DNA from: Clavelina lepadiformis
Taxonomy: Eukaryota
Direction of reading: 5' to 3'
NCBI RefSeq assembly: GCF_947623445.1
Contig: NC_135248.1
Coordinates: forward strand, 2,726,977-2,790,976
Length of the DNA: 64,000 nt
Shown: positions 58,208 through 64,000 of the stretch, in pieces
Position numbering within the stretch: position 1 is the first letter of the stretch
Layout: each line of letters opens with the position of its first letter
Made by a program: the position numbers and the translations under genes
Notes under the pieces: model-generated
The model's database searches: none
What the model saw: the letters and a program-made list of their open reading frames with translations, nothing else
Told to the model about the DNA's origin: nothing

Positions 58208-59612
58208 GTAAGTTCCCTTCTTTAGTTTATGTATTTAACTAACATTCTGATTGCATTCAATTTATTTTTTGCATTTGGTTATTCAAATACTTCTCAAATA
58301 CCTTGCCCCTAAGCATATATTTAATTAAACTAAGTTATTATACATAAGTTTGGATCATGTACTATATATGTATCGGTACATCCTTTCTATTTTATGTTTA
58401 TCATCGTTTAAATGTTTGCATTGTAAGAATATTGGTCGTCATCCTCATACTTTTCAATGTACCTGTGGTGATATTTACACCTTATCCAATAAATTTTTTA
58501 TTAGCAGTAGGTTTAGCCACAGAATATGATACCACCATACGTCAGCTCTTTCCATTTACTTGAATGCATTTTTTCTTTTCCAATTCTACCAATGCACAGC
58601 ACCAGTGCCTTTACAGTAGACGGAACATTAGTTTAATCGTATCGAATTCTTTTTGTGCATTAATTAGTGTAAACAATGTGTTGCAAGAGGCTGCTGTTTA
58701 CCACATAGGGAGGGTATAACCCGAAACTATATGTCTTATCTTAGTTCAAAGCTTAGTATATACGGTCTGCATTAGTTATGGAGGCATTTTCTCTGTAATT
58801 TTTTATTTGCTTTAGCATGGTTTAGTTACTTTAGTACAACCTTTTGAACTCGGTGCTTCCAATTCTAGTCCTAAGGTGTGGCTGCAGAACCATATGTACT
58901 TAGGATCTCATGTATTATTCAGAGTTTAGAAATCAAACAGCCAATCTATTATTAGAAATTTATTTTTGTATTTCATTCCCTTCAAGTGGAAATCCTGTTG
59001 TCCGGGGTTTCATTGGCATATTAAATATTGCTTCGCTCGTCAACGTGATTAAAGAAGCAGCTGTTTTTGTCATACTTTTTATTTTAAAATTGTTTTTTAC
59101 TTCTTCACATGTCTTTATTTACCACAGTGATATGACAGTTTAGTGCTCATCCTGGTTAAGTTTGCACAAAATCTATAGTCAGCTTTTTTTGAAGTTTATT
59201 GGTCCTTAAAGTCAATCAAACATGTCAACTTGTCAAAAAAATGTCAAACTAGTACCTTTACTTAAATTCGCGATTTGTTAAACATGTCACGAATTGCCGT
59301 CTGATGCATATTCGCGCGTCTACTGTTTACAAATTCCGTCTATTATACATAGAAAAATAGGTCAACTTTAGTTAAGGCGTCAATCATTTTTGAAAGGTTA
59401 TTGATCTGCGCCTTCTGTTTTGCTGACATGTACATTACATAACAGTACGCCTATTGTTTAGCTATTGTAATTTCGCACCTACCACGATACCACGTTAGTG
59501 TTCAGGTTCAAGTTGCGATCTTAACAGGGATTTTAATGTACTTCTCTTTTGAAAACATTTGAAATAATTTTCGGTGTCATTTTATGAATGGACTTAAAAG
59601 GTGTTTTTTTAG

Positions 59613-59675
59613 GATTTCATGTTCTTCGAAGAAACCGGCAATCAAGACAATCAACGAGTTGGCGTATGGCAGTGA
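59613..59675 (+). CDS. PLSCR: Scramblase exon 7 (last): DFMFFEETGNQDNQRVGVWQ-stop
   Basis: tttttag acceptor at 59611-59612, TGA at 59673-59675. Human C-terminus: DFMFFESTGSQEQKSGVW. Confidence 0.8.
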   Translation, partial: DFMFFEETGNQDNQRVGVWQ

Positions 59676-60807
59676 TGTATTCGTTTTATTTGAGAACTCC
59701 GACGGAACCCTCGCCTCATTTATAGTGTAGTGTTGTAGATAATCAACATATCATATAACTATTAAGCTCATGACTTGTGTAATTGTTCATCTCCTGTAAA
59801 ATGCACTGTTTGTAGTTAATTTTAACTATTATAGCCTTACTGCAAAACTGCATTGTCACCTGTTTCATTTTTTATATGTTGCACAGTAAAGCAAGCATAA
59901 TTTGAGGTTGCCTGTTATATCAGAAGGCATTGTAGTATTATTTGGAAGTTATCAAAAGCAAGGCCTTCAAAAACTCAGTCACATGTCATATTTTATCCGA
60001 ATATAACCGTCAGAATCGACAGGATTAAGAAACAACTCACTATTACGCAAGGATAATGAACACTTGGTCTTATGTGGTGTCTTTGCATTAGTTACAACAT
60101 TTTTTTTAATACCTTTACTAATTTATATACAAATATATCTATTAAATATCATATTGCATATCTTACATTAGTCATATTGTTCTTCAAAGTGATAACTACG
60201 TAATATGTTACTGGGTATTTTCAAATTTCACTTCCTGCATTTGATATACATGTGTTGCTTGCAGGAAAAGGTTTTCGCATGGGCTGTTTTCAATGTCATG
60301 TCAGTTTAATACGTTGTTACTTAAATATTTGAGAAAATGCATTTTTTGTTTTTTATTTCAAATTTTACCTTCATATCAAGCCTAAATGTTTCTAAACAGT
60401 AAAAAGTGAATGTGATAATAGATTTAATTGTTTCGGCTACATATATTATTAAATAGCCCATTTTTAACAGACGTATAGTTTAGCAACTGAAAACTATTCA
60501 CTTTTGTGTTGCATTCTGCCTCAAGACGTTTCTTTGATCATTGTGTTACCGCATATGTAAGCTTACTGGTTTGCTGGATGCAACTCAAACATTATATTGC
60601 AATCTTCACCTTACAATATATAGTGTAGTTATTATATCATAAATTGAAACAAAAGTGAACGAATAAATTAAGTTGTGACAAGCTGGTTTAATTGGTCATA
60701 TTATAAGTTTAGACAATTTCCACAAACCGACGTAGTTGCTTCTAATTATCTAAGTATTAGTGAAGTTAGTTTTTGAGCTTTCACTCCATCTATTATAATG
60801 TAGCGGA

Positions 60808-61126
60808 GACATGTGCAACCAGTGGCCCGCGGGCCGCACTGTGGCCCTCGTGGTGCTCAGCAAAATGTTAGAAATGTATACTAGCCATCACTCTTTGATG
60901 GCTAGTATACACTTTCGTCATCTTCCATCGACAATTATTCACAGTTTTTCAATAAACTGTCGTACACAGGTGTTGTGGACTGCATTAAATCTGTTTCTTG
61001 ACTACATAAACTATACTTTCATAGGAAAATGATACTAATTTTTTTCTGGAAAAATTCATGCGGCCCGCGTTATCATTCAAAATTTTGTATTTGGCCCTCC
61101 AGTGAAAAAGGTTGCACATGCCTGAT
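60808..61126. mobile_element. MITE (~320 bp, hAT-like) with terminal inverted repeats catgtgcaacc...ggttgcacatg, flanked by a perfect 8-bp target-site duplication GTAGCGGA
   Basis: GTAGCGGA at 60800-60807 and again at 61127-61134. TIR core catgtgcaacc at 60810-60820 and its reverse complement at 61111-61121. Internal palindrome gtatactagccatc / gatggctagtatac. A GC-rich subterminal ccagtggcccgcgggccgcac. Confidence 0.6.
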
Positions 61127-63270
61127 GTAGCGGAAGGATACACAGTCATCATTTCTCAAGGTGTTTGATGTTTACATGTTTTGATTAAATGTTTCTGTTA
61201 CGTTGCATTTGTTTGAGTTACTTATGGTTATCAATTGGAAATAAAATTGGTATACACTTTGCACAAGACCTACTTTTCAAAATTACCGTTTTAGTTGTAT
61301 CAATGCTAAGTCATATGGTTATAATGTGTAAGTAATGAATTTACAGCAATTTAAAAAGATTTCGTTGAACGCAGCTTCAGCAAATATTTCCTTGTTACAA
61401 TCGAGATAGCTGGGAACATTTTATGTAAAGATGGGAATAATTGAAGCTCGTTGCAGAAGTGACCAAAATTTCTCGGCTTGTGAACATTTTTTAAATGATC
61501 AAACCAAAGCAATTTACAACTTGACAAAAATTATAAATATAACTAAATGTGTATGTGTTGTATTCACTTCACACATATTGGTTTTTAACTAACGGTAGAG
61601 TGATCATGTTAAACAAATGGACAGTTGATGAAAGGTTAACTATAAGGAAAAAATATATTTTAAATGGCAAGAAAACTGCCAACGTTACCTTAGCACACCT
61701 AGACGAGATGCAAGAGTGTACTTAAAGGGGGCGTCAAACACCAAAAAATGTCATAAAATATTTGTTTATTTTATTATACAGTAAATTTACTAAAAGACTG
61801 TTTACTCGAAAAATCCTCCATTGGGCTCTCTAAAATTTTGCTTGTCAATTTATTATGCTTTGAACTACCATTCCATAATATGCCATCAAAAAACCATGAT
61901 TCAAACGTTTTTAACAGAGGCCCAAAATAAACACTAGAATTTTTGGTCTAAAAAACCCAAGTTTAGCTACTTTAATGCTAATTTTTAGCATAATTCTGCA
62001 CGCGACCTGGGACATTGAAGCACGCCAACTGCTAGGGTAAAAGCCCAGGCTAGAAAACAACACCAATCATGCTGCCTTCTGATTGGTCTAAACATGTTTT
62101 TTAAAGCCCTAGTAGGACGTCCAACAAAATCATGCAGATCTTAGTTTTAAGTCTTTGTCGGCTCCTTAAACATGGGCACATGGCATCATCAAAATTTGCA
62201 AAACTGTTTCCTAAATGCCAACATCCAATGTTTGTCTTGGTGATTTTTCAGTTTTTTGACACTGTGCTTCATACAACCAGCTGTTAACCTTCTTCACGAG
62301 TCTTTATGCCACAGGCAATGCTGCTTTTTGCAAAGACAAAATTTTAATGTTAGTAACTTGCATTATAGCATAAAGTAAACGCGCAAGAGCTGGTAAAATG
62401 TGCAACATAATGGAAAGCGTAACACCGACAATTTTTCTAGCACCTTCTAAATACTTAATGTTGAAACATGAAAATAAAGAATTGCAGAATTGAATTCATG
62501 ATAAAAACACTTCAAAAATCTATGAATCATTCCATAAATAGATGTACGTCAAAACCTCTGCTGTAAAAAAGTGACTTACATAATAGTATACAAAATCAAT
62601 AGGATTATTTTGTTTCAAAACAGAAGATTAAATGATTTTCAGACGAAATAAGCATATTTTGCAAGTTTTACTTGAAAGACTTTAAATGATATGTAGAAAG
62701 GCAAACAACAACAAAGATAAAAATTTCTATGGCAACAGCACGTATCACGGTGATTAGGGATACAGAATTATATTATCAAAATAGTTTATCAATCTGATAT
62801 ACTGCAACACGATTATCGTCGGGGTCACCAGGGCCAAGTAATTAGCCTGGCTTGATGATGCCCAAATTTACACCTCATGAGTTACTGAACAAAAATACGA
62901 TAACAAAAAATTATATCATTGCGCTAAGAGCGGTCTGCTGCCTGATGGCGTTCTATGGTGTTCCACAAGATGGGGACGCGTGATTGGGCGAGCACCGCGA
63001 TTTATTCTCAACACTTCACTCGTCAATTTCAGAGACTTGTCTCCGCTCCCTGGAAAAAAAATCATTCCTATGCTTTTTCCAATTTTCAACCAAATAAAAA
63101 TAAATTTAAATAATCGCTCAATATTGATTAACCTCAGTTTTCCAGGCTTAAAATCACATTAAAAGCAGGGACCTTTAAACTTTGAACATTATTGTTCATT
63201 ATTAATACAGATATATACTTAGCACACGCAGCATAAAAATGTTTCCTGGTCGTTCATTGTAGGCACAATG

Positions 63271-63426
63271 CTACGTACTCTTTCGCTTTGGAGCAGCAGC
63301 AACAAAATTTTTATCATTCTCTTCCTCATCGTCACTTAACATCTTCTCTTTAAAAGCTCTAGTTAGCTCTTCTTCCCGACGCAAAGACATCTTGTTGGTA
63401 TCGTCCACATCATTATGTTGACCACT
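63271..63426 (-). CDS. Terminal coding exon of a gene extending beyond the window end (acidic/Ser-rich tail SGQHNDVDDTNKMSLRREEELTRAFKEKMLSDDEEENDKNFVAAAPKRKST-stop)
   Basis: Anchored on minus ORF 63271..63492. ctttacag acceptor (minus) at 63427-63428, TAG at 63271-63273. In phase with the upstream exon. Confidence 0.4.
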   Translation of the reverse strand, partial: SGQHNDVDDTNKMSLRREEELTRAFKEKMLSDDEEENDKNFVAAAPKRKST

Positions 63427-63573
63427 CTGTAAAGCAAGCAACAATATCTTACCTTTAACTTTAATTACATTCAAGCCAAAAATGATAACCACATAGTGTC
63501 AATATCTGTCGCAAAAAAACTGATTTATTTGAAAGCACAAAAGCAATAAAAGTTTGTAAATAGCAACGTTTAC

Positions 63574-63769
63574 CTTAATATAATCATTATCATCATCATC
63601 AATATCTGGAACAACTTGTGCCTGAGCAGATGGGGTTCGTGACCTGTTCCTGGGTGCAACACACCTTTCCAGTGCTGCTAGGGTCTGCGCAGCCGTTAAA
63701 CGCTTCGCAGGGTTTAAGTTAAACAATCCCCGAATAATGTCAATGGAATTTGTTGAGACGTGGATATCA
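63574..63769 (-). CDS. Penultimate exon of the same gene; resembles protein-kinase subdomain XI (…DIHVSTNSIDIIRGLFNLNPAKRLTAAQTLAALERCVAP…DIDDDDNDYIK)
   Basis: ttcccatgcag acceptor (minus) at 63770-63771 and AAG|GTAAAC donor at 63572-63573. ...IIRGLFNLNPAKRLTAAQTL follows the kinase C-lobe pattern (D.I..ML..NP.KR.TA...L.H), so a CAMK/CMGC-type Ser/Thr kinase is likely but not proven. Confidence 0.35.
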
Positions 63770-64000
63770 CTGCATGGGAATTAATCTCTTTTGTATTTTC
63801 TTTCATTTTTTAAATGCAATATCAAACTGACTAATGACTACAACTAGGTCACATATTTGAGTTTGACACCATAAACAGCATGTGTTATAAGTGAGAGCCA
63901 GTAGTAATTCCATTAAGCTAATAAAATGAAACACGAAAACAAAATATTAGAATAATACCATAACCAGAAGGACTATTACCAACAACATAATTACTCAAGT

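Overview
This is a eukaryotic (metazoan, probably invertebrate) genomic window: AT-rich, with spliced multi-exon genes using GT-AG introns, tRNA-derived SINE-like repeats and several DNA transposons. It is not prokaryotic, so CRISPR, operons and similar feature types do not apply.

Protein-coding content, left to right:
- One internal exon of a UBE2V/UEV-type ubiquitin E2 variant on the minus strand at the left edge.
- An intronless 326-aa seven-transmembrane ORF (+).
- A large mosaic gene (+, about 9.1-17.8 kb): a secreted astacin-family zinc metalloprotease (HExxHxxGFxHEQxRxDRD and SxMHY motifs present) with an N-terminal antistasin-like Cys-rich domain, followed by three kringle domains interleaved with three thrombospondin type-1 repeats. 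The antistasin-like exon is duplicated 7.8 kb downstream.
- A well-conserved kelch-like protein 20 (KLHL20) orthologue (-, 10 coding exons, including one GC-AG intron).
- An intronless FCS-zinc-finger + SAM-domain protein (-), polyhomeotic/Scm-like, directly upstream of KLHL20.
- A phospholipid scramblase (PLSCR) gene (+, 7 coding exons).
- Two terminal exons of a probable Ser/Thr kinase (-) at the right edge.

Mobile and repetitive content:
- An apparently intact hAT-superfamily transposase ORF (839 aa; TTF-type zinc finger, DUF4371-like core, hAT C-terminal dimerisation domain), flanked by imperfect inverted repeats.
- A frameshifted GTF2IRD2/ZBED5-like hAT transposase remnant beside it.
- A P-element/THAP9-like transposon bounded by ~110-bp inverted repeats, whose transposase is broken by frameshifts, one of them a 10-bp tandem duplication.
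- A ~320-bp MITE with a perfect 8-bp target-site duplication, plus related end fragments elsewhere.
- A repeat family present as a long copy and an internally deleted short copy.
- A conserved tRNA-derived SINE core occurring at least three times, pseudo-tRNA-Trp-like sequences, a minisatellite, and a ~270-bp tandem repeat carrying CCAAT/ATTGG motifs.

The most notable biology is the unusual astacin-antistasin-kringle-TSP1 domain architecture and the density of young-looking DNA transposons.
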